Below, in pieces: positions 8,169 to 15,494 of a DNA stretch of 36,931 bases. The stretch's first letter is position 1, and each line of letters opens with the position of its first letter. A program made the translations under genes and the position numbers. Below the pieces are notes generated by a model that did no database searches, was not told the origin of the DNA, and worked only from the letters and a program-made list of their open reading frames with translations. The DNA is from a virus (Duplodnaviria > Heunggongvirae > Uroviricota > Caudoviricetes): IMG/VR virus record IMGVR_UViG_3300037071_003200, positions 64,001 through 100,931 of that record. One strand, given 5' to 3'.

Positions 8169-8523
8169 CGCCGACCTCCGAGAACATGAACACCTCACCC
8201 TTCTCGGTCGGCAGCGGCTTCAGCCCGCGCACCATGCCACCCTCGATGATCGCGATGCAGGTGCGGCCGGGGATCTTCTCCCACTGGTCGACACCGAACG
8301 CTCGCAGGCATCCGGTCACCCAACGGTGGACACCGCCCGGCGTGGTCTCGACGTGGCGCTCGGAGTCTCGATCGTTGTAGTCCAGACAGAGCGTTCCAGC
8401 TCCCTGCCCGGAGCCTCCGTAATCGAGATCGAGGATCCCGGTGAAGATGCCGTGGTCCTCGTAGCCGAGGAACGTGCTGCGGACCTTCGCGATCCGCTCG
8501 GTCTGTGTCTCTGTGACGGTCAT
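8161..8523 (-). CDS. Conserved phage hypothetical protein, 120 aa
   Basis: From MTVTETQ; LGYEDHGIFT..L.LDYGGSGQG.G...GVD.WE pattern; GGAGG SD. Confidence 0.72.
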   Translation of the reverse strand: MTVTETQTERIAKVRSTFLGYEDHGIFTGILDLDYGGSGQGAGTLCLDYNDRDSERHVETTPGGVHRWVTGCLRAFGVDQWEKIPGRTCIAIIEGGMVRGLKPLPTEKGEVFMFSEVGDE

Positions 8524-9536
8524 TCCTCCTCCTTCGGTTCGTTCAGGAGAATGCCGAGCTGCTCCTGGAGAATTTCCTGCATGAGCTGGGACGCCGTCTT
8601 CGATGCCCTCTCGGCGAGGATGAAGACCGGCACCCCGTAGTTGTCCTCGAGCTCTTCGCGCACAGCCTCCATCACCCTCGTCGAGCGGTTGTTCTTCGTG
8701 AAGGCCTTGCGCATGAAGAGGGCGGTCGGGTATGCGAACTCGGCCCGGTAGCCCGTGTCGCACACCAGGACCTCTCCCCACATCGCGATCTCCCCCCAGA
8801 GGAAGGAGTTGTCGCGTGTGAGCGACGTGTTGCCGGGATCGTCGTAGGCGTAGATGCCGCACGCGCACGAGGGCTCAGGTACGTCGTGGGACGCGAACGG
8901 GTTGCCGCCGCAGAGCCCCTGCATCTTTCTGCGATGCGGCCAGACTGCGCCGTTGCGCGATTGCAGCGAGTACCCCAACTGACCCTGGACCAGCTTGAAG
9001 TCGCGGTAGCCCACGATGGGCTCCACGCTCTTGCTGCTCTTCAACCCGTACGACGTCGCGCCGGGGAGGCTGGCCACCTTCTGCACCATCGACATGGATG
9101 ACATTGCCGACGAGGACATCGCCGCCGTCACCGCGGTAGTGATCTGTCGGGCCAGCGCTGACGTCGGAGGGACTACCGACGAGCGGGGCATCGTCGCGCC
9201 CGTGGCGCCCATCGTGCCCGCGGCCCCCGTCGCACCAGTAGGCCCTGGCGCGGGAAGCGTCGGCTGCCCCGTGTGCCAGAGCTCGACCATCAGCTCCGTG
9301 TGCGGATGCGTCGTCACGCGGCGTGCGTCCACCGAGCGCAGGATGATGCTCCCGTCCTGCAGGCCCTGGATCAGGTCCGCGATGAATTGATCGTGCGGAT
9401 TGCCGGGTGACGAACGAGGGACGGCGGTGACCGTCGGCCTCTTCGCCTTCAGCTCGGCGTCGGCCGCGGCCTTCTTCTTGAACAAGTCGGCCTTGGCCTG
9501 AGCCTTCGGGTCAGGCTTCCTCTTCTTGTCAGGCAT
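8520..9536 (-). CDS. Hypothetical protein with low-complexity linker and Cys/His-rich C-terminal domain
   Basis: PIVGYR...WP...C...H..P...CACGIYAY...WGEV...GYRAE..YP domain; Lys-rich N-terminus. Confidence 0.75.
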   Translation of the reverse strand: MPDKKRKPDPKAQAKADLFKKKAAADAELKAKRPTVTAVPRSSPGNPHDQFIADLIQGLQDGSIILRSVDARRVTTHPHTELMVELWHTGQPTLPAPGPTGATGAAGTMGATGATMPRSSVVPPTSALARQITTAVTAAMSSSAMSSMSMVQKVASLPGATSYGLKSSKSVEPIVGYRDFKLVQGQLGYSLQSRNGAVWPHRRKMQGLCGGNPFASHDVPEPSCACGIYAYDDPGNTSLTRDNSFLWGEIAMWGEVLVCDTGYRAEFAYPTALFMRKAFTKNNRSTRVMEAVREELEDNYGVPVFILAERASKTASQLMQEILQEQLGILLNEPKEEE

Positions 9537-9550
9537 GAGCTTCCACCACG

Positions 9551-9691
9551 TCACGCGGCGACCGGCTCCTCCACCGGTTGCTCCTGCGGAACCTCAACGG
9601 GCGTCGGTGCGGGGAGCGGCTCGCGCATCGGCACAGGCTCCACCTTCGGAGTGATCGTGATCTTCTCCTTGGGCTTTCCCACTTCGCTCAT
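9551..9691 (-). CDS. Small Pro/Glu-rich peptide, 46 aa
   Basis: MSEVGKPKEKITITPKVEPVPMREPLPAP...; AAAGGA SD; ATGA-coupled. Confidence 0.55.
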   Translation of the reverse strand: MSEVGKPKEKITITPKVEPVPMREPLPAPTPVEVPQEQPVEEPVAA

Positions 9692-10161
9692 CGGGTCATC
9701 CTTTCGGTCTCGAGGGGGCCTCTCTTCGGGCTCCCGCTTGCAGTCCATTCATCACGAAGGATCTCATACTCCTCCGTCGTCATCGCCGTCGTCGTGTCGA
9801 CGAAGTTGGCCTGCTGGGGGAGTGGGCGATCCTCCACAGGGTCCCGGTGAAAACGTATCCATGACCATACCCAAACCCACTCGGGAGTTTCGTATCCCCA
9901 CTTGCCCTCGGTGACGATCTCGGCCCGGCGCTCCTCATCACGCGCCTGCCGCTGCACCATCCGGTACGCCTCGTAGAAGGACGCCCACGGTGGGAAGTGC
10001 TCCCACGTCCTGATTCCGACGAGCACCGCGTTCGTCGCAGCGTGAGCGTCAAGGGTGGTGAGGCCGTCGATCCAGAAGCCGATCGTCTCGTCGTCCAGCG
10101 GGTACTGAGTTGTCGCTGCCTTCATCATCCCGAGCAGGTCTCGAGCTTCGTTCTCCTTCAT
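9688..10161 (-). CDS. Putative helicase loader/inhibitor (G39P-like)
   Basis: EA..LL.M.....YP.....W...L..L..A...W.HFPP pattern; lies downstream of an HTH initiator-like gene. Confidence 0.55.
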   Translation of the reverse strand: MKENEARDLLGMMKAATTQYPLDDETIGFWIDGLTTLDAHAATNAVLVGIRTWEHFPPWASFYEAYRMVQRQARDEERRAEIVTEGKWGYETPEWVWVWSWIRFHRDPVEDRPLPQQANFVDTTTAMTTEEYEILRDEWTASGSPKRGPLETERMTR

Positions 10162-10382
10162 GCCATCACCGAGTCCTCGGGCTGGTGCTCGTGGAGCGAG
10201 TGACCCATGTTCCCGGGCCCCGGATTCCCCACGCTCGCGAAGAGGCGGCCGGGGCCGAAGGGCATCAGCGTCCACGGAGCCTTCGCCTCGTCGTACGGCA
10301 CGTTCGGATAATCGAGCCGCACGGCGTTCTGGCACTCGACGACCTCGGCCCCGCACTCGGGGCATGGGGTTGCGTTGATCAT
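10158..10382 (-). CDS. Small Zn-binding hypothetical protein
   Basis: CPECG...; GGAG SD; coupled. Confidence 0.65.
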   Translation of the reverse strand: MINATPCPECGAEVVECQNAVRLDYPNVPYDEAKAPWTLMPFGPGRLFASVGNPGPGNMGHSLHEHQPEDSVMA

Positions 10383-11101
10383 TCGATCTCCTTCGGTTCG
10401 GCGCGACGACGCATCTCCTCGCGCATGGTCTGCCAGATGGGACTCTCGGCCTTGCTGATCCTGGCCGCCGTCACGGCGAGCACCTGCTGGTACTCAGCAC
10501 GACCGATGCGGCTACCCGCGCCGGCGACGACCATCTCCTGTGCGATCGTCTCGACGGAGCCGAACCACCCGGTCCGGATCGCCACGACCATCGCCGAGGT
10601 CACCACCTGTGGGTCGAAGCCAGCCTCGATCAGCGCCTTCGCGCCCTTCCCGATCCGCGCTTTGACCGACGGCGCCACCGGGAATCCCAGGTCGGTGCAC
10701 ACATCGACCGCGGCACCGACTGCGTCTCCGGCGTTGAAGGGCGTTCTCTCGCCGTTGGCCCGCTCCACGCCCTGTGTCTGGATGACTTCGGGGTGTTGTT
10801 CCATCAGCCTCCTCCTTCTACCTCGCCGCCCGGACGCGCTTGCGCGTCCAGAACTCGTAGCGAAGCGGAGAGTTCTGGGGGTTTCTGCTCTTGGGCTGCT
10901 TCCTTGTGTGACATTGAGGCGCCAGCGCACGGTCTTGCAGCGCGGCCGCCAGACGTGGTAGCCGTCGCGAACGATCGCGCCGGAGCCCTCGAGCTGGCAC
11001 TTCCAGCGCCGTATCGTCTGACGGCACACGCCGAGCTCCCTGGCGTGGTTGCCGTCGGAGCGCGTGGAGACTCCACCGCCGAGCCGTGCATCCTCTTCCA
11101 T
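10379..11101 (-). CDS. Putative replication initiator (N-terminal HTH, basic linker, helical C-terminal domain)
   Basis: HARELGVCRQTIRRWK.QLE.SG.I HTH. An internal start at 10804 (MEQHPE) with a strong SD may define a separate gene. True 5' start uncertain. Confidence 0.5.
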   Translation of the reverse strand: MEEDARLGGGVSTRSDGNHARELGVCRQTIRRWKCQLEGSGAIVRDGYHVWRPRCKTVRWRLNVTQGSSPRAETPRTLRFATSSGRASASGRRGRRRRLMEQHPEVIQTQGVERANGERTPFNAGDAVGAAVDVCTDLGFPVAPSVKARIGKGAKALIEAGFDPQVVTSAMVVAIRTGWFGSVETIAQEMVVAGAGSRIGRAEYQQVLAVTAARISKAESPIWQTMREEMRRRAEPKEIE

Positions 11102-11228
11102 GAGGAGCAGAAGCGCTTGGGGGCCTCGCCGATCCGATGTACTTGCTACGGTTTCACCTCCTGCCTAGGTTCTTCTCCAGCTTCCTAGTCAGGCTTCTGT
11201 TGGCTCTTGTGGAGAGAGCCAGCACAGT

Positions 11229-11271
11229 AACGCCCCCGGACGACGGCCGCAATGTCTTTACCGGGGGCGTT
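11229..11271. repeat. Perfect 11-bp inverted repeat AACGCCCCCGG/CCGGGGGCGTT
   Basis: Read directly from the sequence; intergenic, next to the DnaA-like boxes. Confidence 0.75.
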
Positions 11272-11274
11272 GCC

Positions 11275-11317
11275 ATTTCCACAGAAGGACCCACAAAAGA
11301 TCCACAGCTGTGGATAA
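11275..11317. promoter_or_regulatory. DnaA-box cluster (putative replication origin or DnaA-regulated site)
   Basis: Perfect TTATCCACA on the minus strand (11309-11317) plus three degenerate CCACA boxes at 11275, 11287 and 11298, spaced 11-12 bp. Confidence 0.55.
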
Positions 11318-11324
11318 CGCGGAG

Positions 11325-11576
11325 CTACTCGTCCTTGCCGAACGCCTGGTCGCGTGCTCGACGCAGCCTCTGGATCACGCGGTTGATCCCTGCCCGGTCG
11401 AGCGTGACGAACATCGCCTCCTCTCGTCCGATGGTCTCGTGCGTCTCGGGATGCCTGGCGTACGTGGCTACCTGGACGTGCTCCAGGTCCCGCTGCCAGG
11501 TGATCTCGATGAGCGCCTGCCGGTCGTCGTGCGGTGGGATGTAACCCAGCGCCTCGACCACGATCTCCTTGGGCAT
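11325..11576 (-). CDS. Conserved actinophage-type hypothetical protein, 83 aa
   Basis: LDRAGINRVIQRLRRARDQAFGKDE C-terminus; AAGGAGG SD. Confidence 0.75.
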   Translation of the reverse strand: MPKEIVVEALGYIPPHDDRQALIEITWQRDLEHVQVATYARHPETHETIGREEAMFVTLDRAGINRVIQRLRRARDQAFGKDE

Positions 11577-11665
11577 CTCGCCCTCCTTGCTCGGCCCTTC
11601 GCGGGCAACCCATCACGGGCTGGGAGGAAGGCTAATCACTGGGTCGGTCGTGTAGAGTCCCGCGG

Positions 11666-11776
11666 CCGCCGAGTACCGCCCGGCTGCGACTGTGAAAGAA
11701 CGAGGCGTCAGTCCACGCCTACCCACCTGGGATGCAGTCGGGCCAGCAGTACTCGAACCGGGTATGGGCTCGGCGG
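11666..11776. ncRNA. Putative structured RNA element in the divergent intergenic region
   Basis: Nested helices 11670-76/11749-55, 11678-87/11734-43, 11703-08/11715-20; alternative pairing 11666-73/11769-76. Confidence 0.35.
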
Positions 11777-11806
11777 TGTCCGGCGCTGGCCCTAGCATCA
11801 GCACTC

Positions 11807-11962
11807 ATGTCCGTGGTGACAGTCCAGGCGCTCGACGTAGCGCTGAGCGGTACCGCGATCCTGATCCAGTTCCTGCCGGCGGCCAGTGCCACGGAGGTAC
11901 GGCCGCTCTCGGTCGTCCTTCAGAACGCGCAGCAGAACGTCGTCTTCCAGCCGGTGACCTGA
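11807..11962 (+). CDS. Small hypothetical protein, 51 aa
   Basis: ATG at 11807; its stop TGA directly abuts the GTG of the next gene. Confidence 0.5.
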   Translation: MSVVTVQALDVALSGTAILIQFLPAASATEVRPLSVVLQNAQQNVVFQPVT

Positions 11963-12448
11963 GTGGCGAACTTCGCCTTCGACGTAGCCCTGGGTCGTGA
12001 GGTCGAGTTCTACTCGCGCGTCGACTCGAACGATCCGGCGAACTCGGCGCTCATCATCGTGGTGCTTGCGCACACGGGGATCGAGTCGGACAGCGTCCTC
12101 AAGCAGTACGCCACGCTCTCTGCGCTGCTGGCTGCCTCGAACAACGAGGTCACGAATACCAACTATGCGCGCAAGACGCTGACGGACGCCGACCTCGCTG
12201 CGTACACGGTCGACACCTCGGCGCACTCGATCACGCTGCCGCTGCCGACGCAGACGTACACGGCGATCGCCGTCGGCGACACCTGGTCGAAGGCCCTGGT
12301 CTGTTACGACTCGGACACGACGGGCGGCACGGATGCGAACATCATCCCGGTCGCCTCACAGGACATCCGGCTGAGCGGTGCGCCCCTCGTGCCTAATGGC
12401 GGGAACATCACCTTCACCTGGCTCAGCGGCTTGCTGGTCGCCAGGTAG
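11963..12448 (+). CDS. Virion/tail-associated-type protein of actinophages
   Basis: MANF.F..A.GR..E...RV.SNDPANSAL..V.L...YARK.L...YD.DTT.GTD.NIIP pattern; strong GC3 bias on the plus strand. Confidence 0.65.
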   Translation: MANFAFDVALGREVEFYSRVDSNDPANSALIIVVLAHTGIESDSVLKQYATLSALLAASNNEVTNTNYARKTLTDADLAAYTVDTSAHSITLPLPTQTYTAIAVGDTWSKALVCYDSDTTGGTDANIIPVASQDIRLSGAPLVPNGGNITFTWLSGLLVAR

Positions 12449-12452
12449 TCCC

Positions 12453-12758
12453 TCACGGAGCGGGGTTTGATCCAGGGACTGGTTCGCCTGAGCCCGGGTA
12501 CACGTTCCCTGGCCCCGCTCCGTCAGGGACCGTTCCATCCTCGAGCATGTCCCGATGGATGGTGACCGTCACTGGCGTGTCTGAGATGTAGGGCACCGCT
12601 CCGAGCTCGCCGGCGAGGAGCAACACGATCGACGCCTCGTTCTCCGGAAGCCGAAAAATTTCAGAGCGATCTTCTTCCGGCCATTCCCGGAGCGCCTCCA
12701 TCCCCCGGCGCGATTCGGCCGGGGTGATGGGGCGCTTGTCCTCGACGTGGTACTTCAC
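12453..12758 (-). CDS. Hypothetical protein, 101 aa
   Basis: GTGA-coupled to the upstream gene. Confidence 0.55.
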   Translation of the reverse strand: MKYHVEDKRPITPAESRRGMEALREWPEEDRSEIFRLPENEASIVLLLAGELGAVPYISDTPVTVTIHRDMLEDGTVPDGAGPGNVYPGSGEPVPGSNPAP

Positions 12759-12961
12759 TGGTTTGCTTCCCCGCTAAGAGGCTTCTCGTGCAGCCACTCC
12801 GTCTCGACGGCGCGGACTAGGAGCGTGCAGGCTTCGTCATCCGTCCCTCGATGCGTGACTTCGAGATAGACCAGCCCACCATCGACCCGGACGTCCTCGA
12901 TGCAGGAGCCGATGAGTTCACGGTGACGTTCGCTTTGCAGGTACGAGACTTCGCTACTCAT
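12755..12961 (-). CDS. Hypothetical protein, 68 aa (MSSEVSYLQSE...)
   Basis: 3' part of ORF 12755..13114; GGAG SD. Confidence 0.6.
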   Translation of the reverse strand: MSSEVSYLQSERHRELIGSCIEDVRVDGGLVYLEVTHRGTDDEACTLLVRAVETEWLHEKPLSGEANQ

Positions 12962-13139
12962 CGCTGTCCGCCGCTCCGCACTTGCGGCAGTTGAAGCCGA
13001 GCGCGTAGTCGAAGCCGACATGAGACCAGTGAGCGCCGCAGTTGTGGCACTTGTCAGGCCAGCCCTTCGGCTTCTCGCCACCGACCTTCCGCATGACCAG
13101 AGCGTCCGGTTCACTACGCAGGTACGAGGCTTCGCTCAT
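12954..13139 (-). CDS. Small Zn-ribbon protein, 61 aa (MSEASYLRSE...)
   Basis: CHNC...CRKC; ATGA-coupled. Confidence 0.65.
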   Translation of the reverse strand: MSEASYLRSEPDALVMRKVGGEKPKGWPDKCHNCGAHWSHVGFDYALGFNCRKCGAADSDE

Positions 13140-13528
13140 CGCAGGAGCTTCCGCAGCGCGTCTGCTTGCTTCTCCGCGCAGTCGATGCAGATGCCGATCC
13201 CCTCTCGAGGTGCGGCGGCGTACGTGATCAGGAGCTGCGTCTCCGAGTCGACGACGCGGTAGACGTCTTCCTCGTCGAAGTAGCGATCGCAGCGCGGACA
13301 GGCCATGCGAGCTGTGTGCTCCTCGCTGCATTCGTCGCACACGTACGTGCGGACGACGCCGTCGTACATGGGCCACAGGCCAGACGAGAACGGACAGTCC
13401 TCGGCGTGCCGCCGCTTGCTCTCCGGAACCCGGCAATTGGCCCCGCAGTACAGGCAGTCCTCCTCGTCCGGCGTGAAGACCACCGAGTCGTAGATGACCG
13501 CTTTGTCCAGAACGTCGTCGTGGGTCAT
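13136..13528 (-). CDS. Multi-CxxC Zn-binding protein, 130 aa
   Basis: CLYC, CDEC, CPRC, CIDC. Confidence 0.7.
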   Translation of the reverse strand: MTHDDVLDKAVIYDSVVFTPDEEDCLYCGANCRVPESKRRHAEDCPFSSGLWPMYDGVVRTYVCDECSEEHTARMACPRCDRYFDEEDVYRVVDSETQLLITYAAAPREGIGICIDCAEKQADALRKLLR

Positions 13529-13539
13529 GGGTTCGTACT

Positions 13540-14109
13540 CTAGAACGGAATGTCAGAATCGTGCTGTGAGAGCTCTGGCTCCGGCACCTTCGCCAGATCG
13601 CCAACGATGTCCTCGTAGACCTTCCGCTGGAAGGGCTTCAGCTTCTCGAAGAGCAGGATGGGATCGTCGTCGGCTTTGATCGTGTTCTCGAACGCACCGA
13701 GGGTCTGTCCCCAGGCACGGGAGCGGTAGTCGCGGCGCTCGCGCTCGTCGAAGCGCTCGATCTCCTCGGGCGTGTACTGGTTGCTGCCCCCGCCGCCTCC
13801 TGCGCTCCTGGTGGTCGACCCACTGTCGGAGCCTGGTGTGCCGCCGAGCTCCACGGCCTCGAGGTAGCGGTTCGTGTACGGCTTGTTGTTGCGCGGGTTG
13901 ATCTTGTCGGACACGACCTCGTTGATCGTCCACGTTGCGACGCCGGCTCCCACGGCCTTTGCCGCGGCGATGACGTCCACGTCTCTCGTGTCAATACGGA
14001 GCGGGTAGTTGTTGCCCGGCACCTCGACGAGGAACCGCACCCACTCGCTTCCGGGCTTCTGCTCTACGGCCTGGCACGTTCCGACGACTGTTCTCTGTTC
14101 TCCGCTCAT
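13540..14109 (-). CDS. Putative single-stranded DNA-binding protein
   Basis: Beta-rich N-terminus, Gly-rich linker, acidic tail ending DSDIPF (SSB-Ct signature). Confidence 0.6.
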   Translation of the reverse strand: MSGEQRTVVGTCQAVEQKPGSEWVRFLVEVPGNNYPLRIDTRDVDVIAAAKAVGAGVATWTINEVVSDKINPRNNKPYTNRYLEAVELGGTPGSDSGSTTRSAGGGGGSNQYTPEEIERFDERERRDYRSRAWGQTLGAFENTIKADDDPILLFEKLKPFQRKVYEDIVGDLAKVPEPELSQHDSDIPF

Positions 14110-14342
14110 GGCGTCTCCTCTGTCTCTTCGTTCCATTCCCTGATTTCCACGCGGTAGCCCGGTGGCAGCAGGTCTGTGAGATTCTCTTGCGCCTCTGCAA
14201 GCGCGGCCGCGAACCCACCGACCCAGAAGCCTGTGAACTTCCAGGCGTCTCGGTCGTTGGTCGGGCCGATCAGGCACAGGTTGTAGGTAGCGAGGATCTC
14301 CTCGCTCACGTCTGTGACCACGGTCTTACTCGTCGTCATCAT
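14106..14342 (-). CDS. Hypothetical protein, 78 aa
   Basis: GGAGG SD; coupled. Confidence 0.65.
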   Translation of the reverse strand: MMTTSKTVVTDVSEEILATYNLCLIGPTNDRDAWKFTGFWVGGFAAALAEAQENLTDLLPPGYRVEIREWNEETEETP

Positions 14343-14682
14343 CCTCCACTTCCTCGGGGAGTCCGAACTGGTCGATGTGCTCGCGCACCGCCTTGCTCAT
14401 CTCTTCAAGATGAACGCCTGCACGGACGGCTGTCATCCGTTCGGCGTCCATCTTCAAGCCTGCTGCCTCGGCCATGCCGACAGCGATCGGGCAGGGCCGG
14501 AAGCCGTGGGGAGGTATCCGCCAGGAGAACTCCGCGCAGATCGGACACACGAGCCACTCCTGCGGAAGCTCCATCAGGTCGGCCATGCCTTCGAGCTGCA
14601 GCCAGGGTTCCAGCCACTCGAGATTCGCGGGCTCGCTGAGCAAGTTGGGTAAAGATACCCCAGGCGGCGGATGGAGGACCAA
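14326..14682 (-). CDS. Hypothetical protein with CxxC (start uncertain)
   Basis: CPIC, acidic tail; the listed start lies in the terminator tail, so the true start is probably downstream. Confidence 0.5.
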   Translation of the reverse strand: MVLHPPPGVSLPNLLSEPANLEWLEPWLQLEGMADLMELPQEWLVCPICAEFSWRIPPHGFRPCPIAVGMAEAAGLKMDAERMTAVRAGVHLEEMSKAVREHIDQFGLPEEVEDDDDE

Positions 14683-14706
14683 GAGAAAGGCCGCCTTTCG
14701 GCGGCC
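14681..14706 (-). terminator. Intrinsic terminator
   Basis: Minus strand GGCCGCC-GAAA-GGCGGCC followed by TTTCTCTT. Confidence 0.7.
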
Positions 14707-14755
14707 CTCTCTGCTGATGAATGAACCGGCTGTCTAGCGGCGAGTGTAGATGTCT

Positions 14756-14773
14756 CTTCTCAATATTGAGAAG
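14756..14773. repeat. Palindrome family A copy (CTTCTCAATATTGAGAAG)
   Basis: Supplies the TGA stop of the C5 MTase (TSQY*). Confidence 0.9.
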
Positions 14774-15494
14774 TCACGAGCGCCAGGAGCTGGGCTCCGA
14801 TGCACTCGGTGTACGCCGGCGGTATCGCCTCAACCATCTCCTCCGGCGTCATCCAGTCGATGTCCATTGCGGCGGGCCACTCGTGAGCTTCCTTCGGCGT
14901 GCCGTAAATTTGCACGACCGTTGAGCGGCGGTGCTCCCCACCGTACTTGCGCGTTCCGTCGGGCTGACGCACGGAGCGATCGCCGTTCCAGTACTTGCGC
15001 TCCGTCTGCCATGAGTGATCGCATGGAGGAACCAACAGCGGGACGCTTGACTCGAAGAGCCGATGCCTGCGAAGAGGCAACCCGAACGAGCTTCCGCACA
15101 ACCTCACTGGATTCTCGAGCGGTGCGCCCACGACGTTCTCGATCACATAGGGCAGACCACTCTTCGAGAGTAGCTCGCGTGTATCTGAGATCAGGTCGAC
15201 GTGGTCGTACGCGCGGCCCACGGACTTGTTCATCGCTGCCAGGCCCTTGACGTGTCGCTGGCAAGGAGGGCTCGCGTGGATCGCATCGAACCAGTCCACG
15301 TCAAGGTACTGGGGTGACCCCTCGAAGGGGCCCACCCAGCCATTGCGGAGAACCTCCAGAGCATCCTGCTGGTGAAACTCGAACGGGTAGTTGGGTTGGG
15401 GCGCGAGGTCCACCCCAACCACCTCGAACCCGGCGCGGGAGTAGCCCATGCCCGCTCCTCCCGCGCCGGAGAACAGATCGAGTAGCCGTGGCAT
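14760..15494 (-). CDS. DNA cytosine-5 methyltransferase (short phage type)
   Basis: LLDLFSGAGG (motif I), HASPPCQ (motif IV), IENV (motif VI); start MPRLLD coupled to the upstream stop. Confidence 0.88.
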   Translation of the reverse strand: MPRLLDLFSGAGGAGMGYSRAGFEVVGVDLAPQPNYPFEFHQQDALEVLRNGWVGPFEGSPQYLDVDWFDAIHASPPCQRHVKGLAAMNKSVGRAYDHVDLISDTRELLSKSGLPYVIENVVGAPLENPVRLCGSSFGLPLRRHRLFESSVPLLVPPCDHSWQTERKYWNGDRSVRQPDGTRKYGGEHRRSTVVQIYGTPKEAHEWPAAMDIDWMTPEEMVEAIPPAYTECIGAQLLALVTSQY

